64,000 nt of DNA from Candidatus Aenigmatarchaeota archaeon (GTDB lineage: Archaea; Aenigmatarchaeota; Aenigmatarchaeia; CG10238-14; SCSR01): positions 160,001 to 224,000 of the forward strand of contig JAVZHQ010000001.1 of the NCBI GenBank assembly GCA_038998335.1, in the 5' to 3' direction. Positions 47,442 to 57,343 of this stretch are shown here, piece after piece (within the stretch, counting starts at the first letter, position 1; every line of letters starts with the position of its first letter). Below the pieces are notes generated by a model that saw nothing but the letters and a program-made list of their open reading frames with translations, was not told the origin of the DNA and made no database searches. A program made the position numbers and the translations under genes.

Positions 47442-48998
47442 CTACTTTACCACGAGCTTTATTATTTCTTTTACATCTCCATAAACAACTTTTTGTTTAC
47501 AAAATCTTGTTAAGTAATAAGCGGCTTTTGCAGAATTTGTAGCTGTTGTCTTATAACCTATATCTTCAATTGGAGCGACAATCATACAAGTATCACAGAA
47601 AACTTTACCTCCGGCATCTTCTATTGTAAGAGTATAACCAAGATTGTCGGCTTGCATCTTGACATCTCTAGAAGTGCAGACCCAAAGGTCGACTCCATCT
47701 CTAATCTTTTTACCAAAAAGATATTTTGATATTGTTTTTATTTCATCAAGAGAAGAATGTGGACAACCAAATGCAACTAAATCAACATCTTTTTCTTCAC
47801 CTGTATTTAATTTTTCTTTTGTAGATTTAAGATCTATTTCTTCAAAAAATAGTGTGTCCTCTATTCTGTCTAAAAAAATACTCTTTCTCACCGCTTCAGG
47901 AGTAATGCCCTCTACGTGAAAGAGAGCTAATGATCCTGAGGCTGCACCTGCCGCACCTAAAGCTTTTAATCTTTCTAAAAATGGAATCTCAGCTATTCCG
48001 TGATAGAGTGATCGAAAATTCAAGCTCGGAGAACTTTTTTTAATTCCACTTATGTAGGGGATTTTATCTTTAATCTTTTCACCAAGCCAATATCCAAAAG
48101 TAGCAAAATCATTTATGGTTTTTAGATTTGCTTCAACTTTTATTTTTATGTTCGGATTTCTGTTTTCATCTAGATGTAAACCATATACCGGAGCAAAACC
48201 TGCTATAGCATAGAATAGAGCGCTCAAACCTTCTCTATTAGTTCTTAAACCAAGAACTGAATTAGCATAAACCACAGCGGAACTCTCGGCCCAGTGTAGA
48301 TTAACATTACCAAAGCTTTTCAACCTTGATATCAAAGAGTATATTCTCGGCAAATGATAAGGTGTGCAAGTGCAAGTGATCATGGCTCCCATTTTTTCAT
48401 AGGCCTTGATTATTCTAATCTGTTTTTCTGCAAAATCTTTAGGAACTCTTTGTTCCCTCCATCTAGTAAGGTCCATTCCAGCTGGGTTGAGCATCGAGAG
48501 TTGATTAACTCTGAAATCTTCTGCAAGATCTTCTATAAGATTTAAGCCAGCGTCTGTTATGGTTTTGTAGGAAACGCCAGATATCTGCTTTGGTAGATTT
48601 TTAGTTTCGATAAATTCGTCGGTTTCATATAATTCTGCAATCTTGACCAACTTTTCTTTTATTTCTTCAGATAAATTCAACTTCTCTATCTTGTCTATAT
48701 CTACTTTTTGTGGTTTCCAACCAGAAATCTCAAACGGAATTTTTCCAAATATAGCACCCCATATCGTAATAGCATCATCTTTATTTTCAATTATAATCTT
48801 TTTAGGAGCAAAACCTCTTTTTGCTAAACTGTATATTTTATAACTACCAACTGTAGAACCTATGGAACCAGGAATATGCAACTCTTTTCCGGCAATGTTC
48901 TGGCCATTGAGCTCATGATCTTTTTGTATCACATTCCCGTTTAAATCTACACCATCAAGCCAAGAAATTGGTTGACTAGTTTTTAAAATTTCCATCAC
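47442..48998 (-). CDS. Aconitase X, swivel (DUF126) and catalytic (DUF521) parts fused; phosphomevalonate dehydratase-like
   Basis: ISWLDGVD, GSTVGSY; ISGVSYKTI, TCTCTPY, WAESSA, GCPH, DTCMIVAP, TNSAKAAYY. Confidence 0.88.
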   Translation of the reverse strand: MMEILKTSQPISWLDGVDLNGNVIQKDHELNGQNIAGKELHIPGSIGSTVGSYKIYSLAKRGFAPKKIIIENKDDAITIWGAIFGKIPFEISGWKPQKVDIDKIEKLNLSEEIKEKLVKIAELYETDEFIETKNLPKQISGVSYKTITDAGLNLIEDLAEDFRVNQLSMLNPAGMDLTRWREQRVPKDFAEKQIRIIKAYEKMGAMITCTCTPYHLPRIYSLISRLKSFGNVNLHWAESSAVVYANSVLGLRTNREGLSALFYAIAGFAPVYGLHLDENRNPNIKIKVEANLKTINDFATFGYWLGEKIKDKIPYISGIKKSSPSLNFRSLYHGIAEIPFLERLKALGAAGAASGSLALFHVEGITPEAVRKSIFLDRIEDTLFFEEIDLKSTKEKLNTGEEKDVDLVAFGCPHSSLDEIKTISKYLFGKKIRDGVDLWVCTSRDVKMQADNLGYTLTIEDAGGKVFCDTCMIVAPIEDIGYKTTATNSAKAAYYLTRFCKQKVVYGDVKEIIKLVVK

Positions 48999-49125
48999 TT
49001 AGCTCCCCTTCTTCTTAAAGCATATTTTACTTCATAACACTATCTCACTAGTGTTTCTGAATTACATTAAGCCAAAAAAGGGACCTTAATATTAATTAAA
49101 AATAAAGTATAAAAAAGTAGTTTCT

Positions 49126-49141
49126 TGTTAGACGTCTAACA
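49126..49141. repeat. 16-bp perfect palindrome TGTTAGACGTCTAACA, copy 3
   Basis: Exact; intergenic. Confidence 0.95.
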
Positions 49142-49176
49142 TAATTCTTTTTTTTAATTCAAAAGAATTAAATTTT

Positions 49177-49926
49177 ATGATCGATGTTCATTGCCATCTT
49201 GAACAAGAAGATTTCTCACAAGATAGAGATAAAGTTATAGAAGAGTGTAAAAAAGAGTTGAAAGCAATAATTACTTGTTGTGCTCATCCAAAAGATTTTG
49301 ACTTAACTTTAAGTTTAATTGAAAAATACAAAGGTTTTGTTTTTGCTTGTGTAGGGATTCATCCTGAGTACATAAAAGAAATTTCTGAAGAAGAAAAAAA
49401 TAATTTTATTGAAAAGATTAAAGCAAATAAAGATAAAATTGTTGGTATCGGAGAAACAGGCCTAGATTTTTTCTGGATTAAAGAAGAAAATTTCCAAGAA
49501 AAACAAAAAGCTCTTTTTGTTGAGTTAATAAATCTTGCAAAAGAATTAAACTTGCCTTTAATAATTCATTCAAGAGAGGCTTATGAAGAAGCAGTAAAAA
49601 TTCTTGAGAAAGAAGATGCAAAAAAAGTTTTGCTCCATATGTTTGGTGAAAATCATTTGGCTAAAAGAATAGTTGAGAATGGATGGTTTGTTTCTATGAA
49701 TACTATTGTTCTTAAAAGCAAGAAGCATAAGAAAGTTGTTAGAGATGTACCTTTAGAAAGAATAATGCTAGAAACAGATTCACCTTGGCTTGGTTTTGGA
49801 AAAAGAAACACTCCTTTGAGCGTGAAAAACGTTGCAGAAAAAATAGCAGAAATAAAAAAAGTTAGTTTTGAAGAAGTAAAAAAAGTAACAACAGATAATG
49901 CGATAAATTTTTTTAATTTATTTTAA
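49177..49926 (+). CDS. tatD: TatD-family nuclease
   Basis: DVHCH, GIHP, GETGLD, IHSR, ETDSP. Confidence 0.93.
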   Translation: MIDVHCHLEQEDFSQDRDKVIEECKKELKAIITCCAHPKDFDLTLSLIEKYKGFVFACVGIHPEYIKEISEEEKNNFIEKIKANKDKIVGIGETGLDFFWIKEENFQEKQKALFVELINLAKELNLPLIIHSREAYEEAVKILEKEDAKKVLLHMFGENHLAKRIVENGWFVSMNTIVLKSKKHKKVVRDVPLERIMLETDSPWLGFGKRNTPLSVKNVAEKIAEIKKVSFEEVKKVTTDNAINFFNLF

Positions 49927-50537
49927 GCAATTGATAGAGTTTCTTCGCTAATTTCAAGAGTTAAAGGTTTAGACATAAAAGTAAACTTTTCTAAGTCCTT
50001 ATGGCTTCCACACCATTTCGTTACTGCTTCATAAACTTCAGAACTTCTTTTAGAAATTTGATTAACATAAAGTCTAAGCGAACCTAACTCTTTTTCAAAC
50101 TTCTCCTCAAATTTTTTACATGGCAAACCTTTTTCGTAAGCATGTTTTTTTAAATTGTTTTTCATAGACTCAAAGTTATGAACATAAAATGCAAATCTTC
50201 TACCGTGAAATAGTTCATAATTTATAACTCCTATATCTCTTAGGTCGTCCATTCCCTTAGGCCCTTTACCTGCCCCACATATATCATATAATTCCCTAGC
50301 TCCGTAAACGTTGAAAACTATAGGAAACATTTCTCTTGCAGAAAAAGTTAATCTAAATCCTTGCTTCAAAAGAAATTCTCTTATATAATAACCGCAACTA
50401 TAACCTATTATTGCTTCTTCTTTACTTTGAGCAAAGAAAGGATTCCCAACTTTAAACAAGTGATCGATTCTTATTCTTTCTCCAGGAAAGTTTCTTTTTA
50501 AATCGTTATTTATTTTTCTTTCAGTAAGAAACTCCAC
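49923..50537 (-). CDS. Hypothetical protein
   Basis: 204-aa ORF filling the gap. Confidence 0.6.
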   Translation of the reverse strand: MEFLTERKINNDLKRNFPGERIRIDHLFKVGNPFFAQSKEEAIIGYSCGYYIREFLLKQGFRLTFSAREMFPIVFNVYGARELYDICGAGKGPKGMDDLRDIGVINYELFHGRRFAFYVHNFESMKNNLKKHAYEKGLPCKKFEEKFEKELGSLRLYVNQISKRSSEVYEAVTKWCGSHKDLEKFTFMSKPLTLEISEETLSIA

Positions 50538-50591
50538 AATTAAGTTTAAAGTAAAGTAATCTTTATAAATTTTGACTTCAACTTTTAACCT

Positions 50592-51851
50592 ATGAAAGAG
50601 AAACCTACAGTAATAGCCCCTGTAAAAGGAAAAGGCACAAGACTTTATCCTCTTACTTTGGATGACTCTAAATCTTTAGTAGGAATAGCTAACCAGCCAA
50701 CTTTAGAAAGAATATTTGAAAACTTAGCTCTTTATGGTTGCAGAAATTATTGGATAATTGGGGAGTATGAGCTTTACTTTTACTTTAGGAGAGGTGAAAG
50801 CTTTTCAAAAAGACTTGACTTAAAACCTGAAGCTATTTTTAACTACTCTACTGAAGATGATTTTGGTAATGCTGACGGGACAAGAAGACTTTTAGAAAAA
50901 GAGGATATAGAAGGAAATGTGCTTATAATAGGAGGAGATAACTTAACTGACATAAACGTTGATCAAATGCTTAAGTTTCATGAGAATAACGATTCAGATT
51001 TTACTGTAGCACTGGCAGAAGTTAAAGATGTTACAAAGTATGGTATAGCTAAGCTAGACGGTAATAGAATTTGTGAGTTTTTAGAAAAACCTAAGCCCGA
51101 AGAAGCTCCTTCTAATCTAGGAAGTATGTTTTGTTATCTAGGCAAAGCAAAAGTTCTTAAAGAATTTCTAGAAAAGAATAAGGACCTTACAGATTTTGGT
51201 TCTCAAGTAATACCAAAAATGGTAAAGGAGTGTAGAGTTTATGGCTATGTTCACAAAGGTTATTGGAAGGATATAGGAAATCCAGAAACTTTACTCCAAG
51301 CTTCTATAGATGTTTTGAACGGTAAAGTTGGAAAAATTGGAGAAAGGATTCATCCTTCAAGCAAAAATAAAATAGGGAAAAATGTGGAAATGGATAATGT
51401 GCTTATAGGGGCAAATGTAAGAGTTGGTAATAACGTCAAGCTAAAAAATGTTTGTATAGAAGATAACTGTATAATAGAAGATGGAGCTGAGATAGAAGAT
51501 TCTGTGCTTTATTTTGCAGCAAGAGTTGGTGAGAAAACTAAAGTAAAGAAATCTATTGTTGGAAGGTTTGCTTACACAGGAAAAAGAAGCGAAATAGGAG
51601 GTTATAATATAGATAAAGTTTCTGTAGTAGGAAATAATGTAAAAATGGGTGATGAATGGATAATATGGGAAGGTGAGCTTTTAGCTACATATTCTCCGCA
51701 AAATATGAGGAAGATTAAAAAAGCAACTTTAAACAACCAAGACTTGTATAAAATTGTTAACGTGGATAATGACATTATATTCTTTGTTAACAGAAAAACT
51801 CTTTACGAAGATTATAAAGGAATGCCTCCTCCTGTTTTCAAAAGGGTTTAG
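50592..51851 (+). CDS. Sugar-1-phosphate nucleotidyltransferase with beta-helix C-terminus
   Basis: GKGTRLYPLT, GNAD, GGD, EKP, DFG, YWKDIG, hexapeptide repeats. Confidence 0.88.
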   Translation: MKEKPTVIAPVKGKGTRLYPLTLDDSKSLVGIANQPTLERIFENLALYGCRNYWIIGEYELYFYFRRGESFSKRLDLKPEAIFNYSTEDDFGNADGTRRLLEKEDIEGNVLIIGGDNLTDINVDQMLKFHENNDSDFTVALAEVKDVTKYGIAKLDGNRICEFLEKPKPEEAPSNLGSMFCYLGKAKVLKEFLEKNKDLTDFGSQVIPKMVKECRVYGYVHKGYWKDIGNPETLLQASIDVLNGKVGKIGERIHPSSKNKIGKNVEMDNVLIGANVRVGNNVKLKNVCIEDNCIIEDGAEIEDSVLYFAARVGEKTKVKKSIVGRFAYTGKRSEIGGYNIDKVSVVGNNVKMGDEWIIWEGELLATYSPQNMRKIKKATLNNQDLYKIVNVDNDIIFFVNRKTLYEDYKGMPPPVFKRV

Positions 51852-53068
51852 CTTAGTTTATACCTTAAGAAAGCTCCTATTCCTCCCAATTCTTTAAACT
51901 GAGCACCTTCGCTGCTTTCTGTCGAGATAAACTCAACTTTACTTCCTAAGTTTTTTGCTTTTTCACTTAAACTTTCAACTAATTCCTCTACGCTTTCGAC
52001 ATTCATAACCTGATTACATTTCTCACAGTATTGATTTTCAGCTTTATCTTTCGGCAAATCTTTTTCCTGTGTCAAATTACACTTATTGCATTTAAGTTTA
52101 ACATGAACAAAATCAAAACCTTCTGAAATCAGTAAAGTATCAACAGCTCCTGCTTCCAAAGCTTTTATAGTTTCCTTAAAACCGTAAGTAACATTTCCTC
52201 CCTTTTGTAGTTCAGAGAAAAATTTATTCATTATTTCCTTTTCCTTCATTATAGAAGCCTTTTCAAGCAAGTCTTCTGACCTGTTAACAAGTTCTCTTAG
52301 TCCATATTCGCCTGTATAGCTTGTATCTTTTATTCCCAAAATTTTTTTCTGAATTTCATGGTGTAAGTAATTTCCTTGGGCAAAAGTTTCTTTTGTCGGT
52401 CCTGGACCACCAATCAAAACTCCTTTCAACTCAGGCTCTTGCAAAAAAAAGTTTGAGGCAATTTCTCCTACTCTAGTAAAAAACTCATTCAAGGCGTCTT
52501 CTCTAATCCTATCATACCTACGTTGTGACATCCCACCTTTTACGCTCTTGGAAGGTACAGTAGATTCCAATTTTTTGAATTCTTCAACTAATTTGCCTTT
52601 AAGTAAGCCAATGTTAGCTTCGTTCGCGTCAAGAACTATTAAACCATAAACTTCCTTTTCTCTCAACATTTCTTTCAAAGGGTTAAGAACAAAAACTTGA
52701 TCGCAACGATAAATTTTTGTTGAAAGTTTTTCTGGAGGCTCTAAACTCCAAATTCTTACATCTGAAATTCCAGGGTCAGAAGAAACATTTCCACAAAAAA
52801 CCACCAAACCATTTTCAGGAGTTGTTCTAAAAAGTCTTAAGTGTTGAATTATTTTTTCTAAAGCACTCATCACGTTTTTTCTTACAGTTTTATCCTTTAC
52901 GTTTTGCGCTAAGCTATACTCTTCTCTTAACATGTTGACAACTTCTTGCAAGTTTGAACCAGAAGGAATATAAACGCTAACCAATTCCGTATGTCTACCT
53001 TTTATTTTTTCCAATTCTTTTACCATCTTCTTTAGTTTTAACAGTTTCTCTTCTTCCATTTTACTCAC
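51848..53068 (-). CDS. prf1: Peptide chain release factor aRF1 (variant GGMSQ)
   Basis: GRHTELVSVY, NVKD, YRCD, GPGPTK, GAVDTLL, LGGIGAFLRY. Confidence 0.94.
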   Translation of the reverse strand: MSKMEEEKLLKLKKMVKELEKIKGRHTELVSVYIPSGSNLQEVVNMLREEYSLAQNVKDKTVRKNVMSALEKIIQHLRLFRTTPENGLVVFCGNVSSDPGISDVRIWSLEPPEKLSTKIYRCDQVFVLNPLKEMLREKEVYGLIVLDANEANIGLLKGKLVEEFKKLESTVPSKSVKGGMSQRRYDRIREDALNEFFTRVGEIASNFFLQEPELKGVLIGGPGPTKETFAQGNYLHHEIQKKILGIKDTSYTGEYGLRELVNRSEDLLEKASIMKEKEIMNKFFSELQKGGNVTYGFKETIKALEAGAVDTLLISEGFDFVHVKLKCNKCNLTQEKDLPKDKAENQYCEKCNQVMNVESVEELVESLSEKAKNLGSKVEFISTESSEGAQFKELGGIGAFLRYKLS

Positions 53069-53073
53069 GAAAG

Positions 53074-55395
53074 TTATAGTATGTTGTGCATAACTTTTAA
53101 ATCTTTCTCAAAAACTTTTAACTCTTCTGGAATCTCTATTTTTATCGCTTCTTTTAGTGAAACTCCTTTTTTCTTTTTTTCTTCCCAAACTCTTGAGTTA
53201 AACTCTACCAAGCTTTTAGTTAGTTTTGTCATATCTTTCTTCCATTCTGGTTTTGGAAAAGTCTCTAAGTGAATACTTTTTTTAGAATAGAGTTTTTTCC
53301 AAATGTATTCTGTAATAAAAGGAGAAATAGGTGCAAGAAGAAGTAGAATTGATTTTAAACAAGTGTGTAAAGTAAACCATGCAGCTTTCTTTTCCTCTTC
53401 AGAAAATCCTTTTCCATAAGCTCTTGACTTAACCATTTCAATGTAATGCGAGGCGAATAAATTCCAAATAAATTCTCTTATTTTATTCGAAGGTACGAAA
53501 AAGTTAAAATCTTCGTACCCTTTAAGACATTCTTCTATTAGGCTACTAAGCTCTGCTAAAATCCACTCATCTGTTTTAGTTAGTTTTGCTTTTTTTGGTT
53601 CTGGAAAAGAAGAAACAAATCTTGCGACGTTCCAAAGTTTTGTTAAGAATTTGGAGTTAGCAAATATTCTTTGCTCAGAGCATCTGAAATCATAACCTAA
53701 GCTTGCTTCTTGGGCTCCCCAAAACCTAAAAGCATCACTTCCATACTTTTCAAGAATAGGCAAGGGGTCTATAACATTACCTTTACTTTTGCTCATTTTT
53801 TCTCCTTTCTCGTCAACACCATAACCAGAAATCCAAACATGCTCAAAAGGTATTTTTTTAGTTATTTGGTAACATCTTAGCAAAGTATAATAAAGCCAAG
53901 TCCTTACTATATCTTTTCCTTGTGGTCTTATCGCATTTGGATAAGTCTTATTGAAAAATTCTTTATCTTCCAAAAATTTTGAGATGAATAATGGGGAAAT
54001 GCTAGAATCAAACCATGTATCAAAAGTTCTTTCTTCACCGATAAACTCTTTTGCCTTACAAAAAGAGCATTTTGAAAAAGGTGGTTTTTCCTTCCAAGGT
54101 TTATAGTATTTTCCAGGTTTTGGAACATTAGCTTTACCACATTTTTTACAGTACCAAATTGGAATTTCAGTTCCGTAAAACCTTCTTCTTGAAATAGGCC
54201 AGTCTGTTGTTATTGAGTTAATCCAATTAAGCAATATCATCTTATGTTCTTCAGGATGGAATTTAATTTTTTCTATTTCTTTTTTCAAATCTTCTATGAA
54301 AGGAATTTGTTTTAAGTAATATTCTTTCATAGGAATTATTTCTATGGGAGTTTTGCTTCTTTCGCATAAAGGAGTTCGATGCCATATATCTTCTATTTTC
54401 TTTACTATACCCATTTTTTGTAGATCTTCTATTATTCTTTTTCTTGCATCTTCAATTTTTAGACCAGCATAATTTCCTGCGTTTTTTGTCATTTTTCCAT
54501 TTTCATCTATAGCTATTATTTCCTTGAGCTTAAACTGTCTGAAAATTCTCACATCACTTTGATCACCATAACTACAAACCATAGCAGCTCCTGTTCCAAA
54601 CTCAGGTTTTGCTTCTTTACAAGGAATTATAGGTACTTCCCTTTCATAGATTGGAATTATCGCATGCATGTTATGTAAGCTTTTATACCTTTCGTCTTCT
54701 GGATGAACTATTACTGCTTGGCAAGAACAAAGGAATTCTGGTCTTGTTGTGGCAATGGTTAAATCTTTGCCAGTTTCCTTTACTTTAAAATTTATGTAAA
54801 CAAGTTTTGTAGGAAGCTCTTCATACTCTATTTCAGCATCTGCTATGGTTGTTTTGCAATCTATACAATAATTGTTAGGTCTAGTAGCTTCGTAGATTAA
54901 ACCTTTGTTCCAAAGCCAAATAAAAGTTGTTTGAGTAAGTTTTCTGTATTCCTCACTATCTGTACGATAATAATCGTCAAAATCTCCGCTTATTCCTACC
55001 ATTTTCATTATTTTTATGAAAATCTTTTCAACATCATCCAAAGAATGTTTGCATAGTTCTATAAATTTCTCTCTTTTCACTTCATGCAATCTTATATTGA
55101 ATTTTTTTTCTGTGTAAAGTTCAACAGGAATTCCGTTTCTGTCTATTCCTATAGGGAAATAAACTTCAAAACCAAGCATTCTTGCAGTTCTTGATATCAT
55201 ATCTATTTGTGAATAATGGACTACTGCACCAATATGCCAAGGTAAACCAGAAGGATATGGTGGAGGGGTATCTATCGTAAAAATTTTTTTCTTTGTCTTA
55301 GGATTAAAACTAAAAATTTTATCCTTTGACCACTCGCTTAAGATTTTTTCCTCAAATTTTATGTCCCATCTTTTTTCTTTTAATTTCGGTTTCAC
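53074..55395 (-). CDS. valS: Valine--tRNA ligase
   Basis: DTPPPY, HIG, ATTRPE, FGTG, DWPISRRR, DTWFDS, KMSKS. Confidence 0.93.
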   Translation of the reverse strand: MKPKLKEKRWDIKFEEKILSEWSKDKIFSFNPKTKKKIFTIDTPPPYPSGLPWHIGAVVHYSQIDMISRTARMLGFEVYFPIGIDRNGIPVELYTEKKFNIRLHEVKREKFIELCKHSLDDVEKIFIKIMKMVGISGDFDDYYRTDSEEYRKLTQTTFIWLWNKGLIYEATRPNNYCIDCKTTIADAEIEYEELPTKLVYINFKVKETGKDLTIATTRPEFLCSCQAVIVHPEDERYKSLHNMHAIIPIYEREVPIIPCKEAKPEFGTGAAMVCSYGDQSDVRIFRQFKLKEIIAIDENGKMTKNAGNYAGLKIEDARKRIIEDLQKMGIVKKIEDIWHRTPLCERSKTPIEIIPMKEYYLKQIPFIEDLKKEIEKIKFHPEEHKMILLNWINSITTDWPISRRRFYGTEIPIWYCKKCGKANVPKPGKYYKPWKEKPPFSKCSFCKAKEFIGEERTFDTWFDSSISPLFISKFLEDKEFFNKTYPNAIRPQGKDIVRTWLYYTLLRCYQITKKIPFEHVWISGYGVDEKGEKMSKSKGNVIDPLPILEKYGSDAFRFWGAQEASLGYDFRCSEQRIFANSKFLTKLWNVARFVSSFPEPKKAKLTKTDEWILAELSSLIEECLKGYEDFNFFVPSNKIREFIWNLFASHYIEMVKSRAYGKGFSEEEKKAAWFTLHTCLKSILLLLAPISPFITEYIWKKLYSKKSIHLETFPKPEWKKDMTKLTKSLVEFNSRVWEEKKKKGVSLKEAIKIEIPEELKVFEKDLKVMHNIL

Positions 55396-55439
55396 CTACT
55401 CACCTGCAATAAAATAAAATTTCTCTTGTTTAATTAAAT

Positions 55440-56150
55440 TTATATAAACTTTGAAATTCCCGGTTTCAAGTCCTTTTCTGTATCGATTATTACTATGTCC
55501 TTGTTTATGGGAAAGGCAACGTTAAATATGGGAACCTTATCAATCCAAGTTTGTTTTATTCCTCTGTGTGAATGTCCGTGAATTACCAAGTTAGGCTTTC
55601 TTTCGATTAGAACCTTTTCATACTTTTGTGAGCCTAAGTTTGAATAAAATTGGGGGTTTTCTCCTTCTAAGGTTTTGTAAGTGGGAGAGTAATGTATAAG
55701 AAGGATTTTGAAATCAGCAAAAATTCTTTGCAAGTAACGGTCAACAAAATTTACTCTCTCTTCATATATTTTCTCAATGTTTGGAACATTTTTCCTTTGC
55801 CAAAGAGTTGGCATATCTAGACTTCCTGTAGTACCTATAATACCAACAGAAAGATCTTTTATCTTAAGAATTACACTTTCATCATCTAGAAACCTAATCT
55901 CCTTATAGCTTGCTTTGATCTTCTCTCTTAAATCTTGGTATTCATTATTTCCAAAACAAGCAACTATAGGGCAAGTAATTTTACCAAAAAGTACGTTATT
56001 TATTTTTTCGTATTCTTTCAAATCCCCCCTTTCTATCATGTCTCCAGCTATTAAAAACAAGTCAGGTTTTACTCTTAAATTATCAACAGCCCTAACAAAG
56101 TCCTCATAATAATGTGGGCTATGTACATCGCCAGTAGCTGCTATTATCAT
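55440..56150 (-). CDS. Calcineurin-like metallophosphoesterase
   Basis: DVH, AGD, GNNE, HGHSH. Confidence 0.9.
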   Translation of the reverse strand: MIIAATGDVHSPHYYEDFVRAVDNLRVKPDLFLIAGDMIERGDLKEYEKINNVLFGKITCPIVACFGNNEYQDLREKIKASYKEIRFLDDESVILKIKDLSVGIIGTTGSLDMPTLWQRKNVPNIEKIYEERVNFVDRYLQRIFADFKILLIHYSPTYKTLEGENPQFYSNLGSQKYEKVLIERKPNLVIHGHSHRGIKQTWIDKVPIFNVAFPINKDIVIIDTEKDLKPGISKFI

Positions 56151-56241
56151 ATTTTTTCCTTTAAAATATGGCAGAAGTTAAACTTATTCTTTACTTTTAA
56201 GTGTCACTACCGTTAAGTATTTAAATTTAACCTTCTATAAA

Positions 56242-56607
56242 GTGAGTAAAGGTGATATTGTGATATTCCAGAAAGAAGAAGACTGGAAGAACTTTTTAAG
56301 CGACGATGCAAAGGAAACTCTTGCTAGGCTTTTAGATTCGACAAAAAAGCACAGAGCAGCTTACTTACAGGCAGAAGACGTAAAAGTAGCTCAACTTTGG
56401 TGTGCTTTAGTAGAGCTTCAAAAGCAGTTTGCTCAATTTACAGAAGTTATCAAGAAAATAGAAGAACCTTTTAAAGCAATAATAGCAATAGGTGAAGCAG
56501 AGAAAAGAAAAACCATAGAAAGATTAGTAACAGAAATAATCAAACCAGAAGAAGAAGCAGAAAAAGAAGCAACTCAAAAGTTAGTAGATAGCTTGATGAA
56601 GTTCTAA
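56242..56607 (+). CDS. Hypothetical helical protein
   Basis: AY.QAEDVKVAQLWCAL; coding-like composition. Confidence 0.7.
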   Translation: MSKGDIVIFQKEEDWKNFLSDDAKETLARLLDSTKKHRAAYLQAEDVKVAQLWCALVELQKQFAQFTEVIKKIEEPFKAIIAIGEAEKRKTIERLVTEIIKPEEEAEKEATQKLVDSLMKF

Positions 56608-56837
56608 AAAACAACCTCAACTTCAACTTTTCCTATTCCTTTAACTTTTTTAGCTTCTTGTTTAATCTCTTCTATTAAATAGCTTATCATCGGACAAAAA
56701 GGTGTAGTAGGCTTAAACTTAATTTTAACGTTTTTTCCTTTTACTTCTATTCCTTTTATCATCCCCATACTAACTACATCTATACCTGTTTCTGGGTCTA
56801 TTGCTTTTCTTAATGCTAATAAAACTTTCTCTTTCAT
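56604..56837 (-). CDS. DUF59/SufT/PaaD-like Fe-S assembly protein
   Basis: DPETGIDVVSMG, TTPFCP. Confidence 0.9.
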   Translation of the reverse strand: MKEKVLLALRKAIDPETGIDVVSMGMIKGIEVKGKNVKIKFKPTTPFCPMISYLIEEIKQEAKKVKGIGKVEVEVVF

Positions 56838-56869
56838 TCTTTTTTATTTTAGGCTTTCTATTTTTAAAT

Positions 56870-57343
56870 ATGAGAAGAAGCTTAGTTTTACAAGTACTTC
56901 TTATAATTTTCATAACTTTTGTGATTAGAGAAACAATTTATTATTTCTATCTTGGGGGAAAGTTTGATGTTTACTTTATTTTAAACTCTTTGTTCTTTCT
57001 TCTAGGGGTTTACGCAGGCTATATTTCTCTAATGCTTTTCAACCAACTCAAAAAAGAGCAGGATATTTCTATGCTGAGCATTTTTCTTTCTTTTAGAGAA
57101 TTCAAGAATGAAATTAAGTTTTTATATATTTTTTCTCTTATAGCTGGAACAAGTTTTTTTGTTTATTCTATTTTTTATGGGGCTAAAATTTTTATTGAAG
57201 CACTTAAGCCTTTTGAATGGCTTGTTGATACGTTCTTTTTAATTTCTTTTACTTGTTTTCTCGCTTTTATTGTTTCCTTTATCTTTCTTGTTAGAAAATG
57301 GGAGAAGAGGTTTGAAAAGTATGGGGGTTTGGGAAGTTATTAA
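56870..57343 (+). CDS. Hypothetical 4-TM membrane protein (paralog of 17235-17696)
   Basis: TM pattern and shared motifs. Confidence 0.75.
   Translation: MRRSLVLQVLLIIFITFVIRETIYYFYLGGKFDVYFILNSLFFLLGVYAGYISLMLFNQLKKEQDISMLSIFLSFREFKNEIKFLYIFSLIAGTSFFVYSIFYGAKIFIEALKPFEWLVDTFFLISFTCFLAFIVSFIFLVRKWEKRFEKYGGLGSY

Noticed and set aside
3471-56109. Many short F/S/L-rich ORFs antisense to or nested in long genes (e.g. 3471, 7351, 12277, 19525, 23585, 47644, 53081, 55915)
   Set aside because: Shadows of K/E-rich sense coding; no recognisable domains
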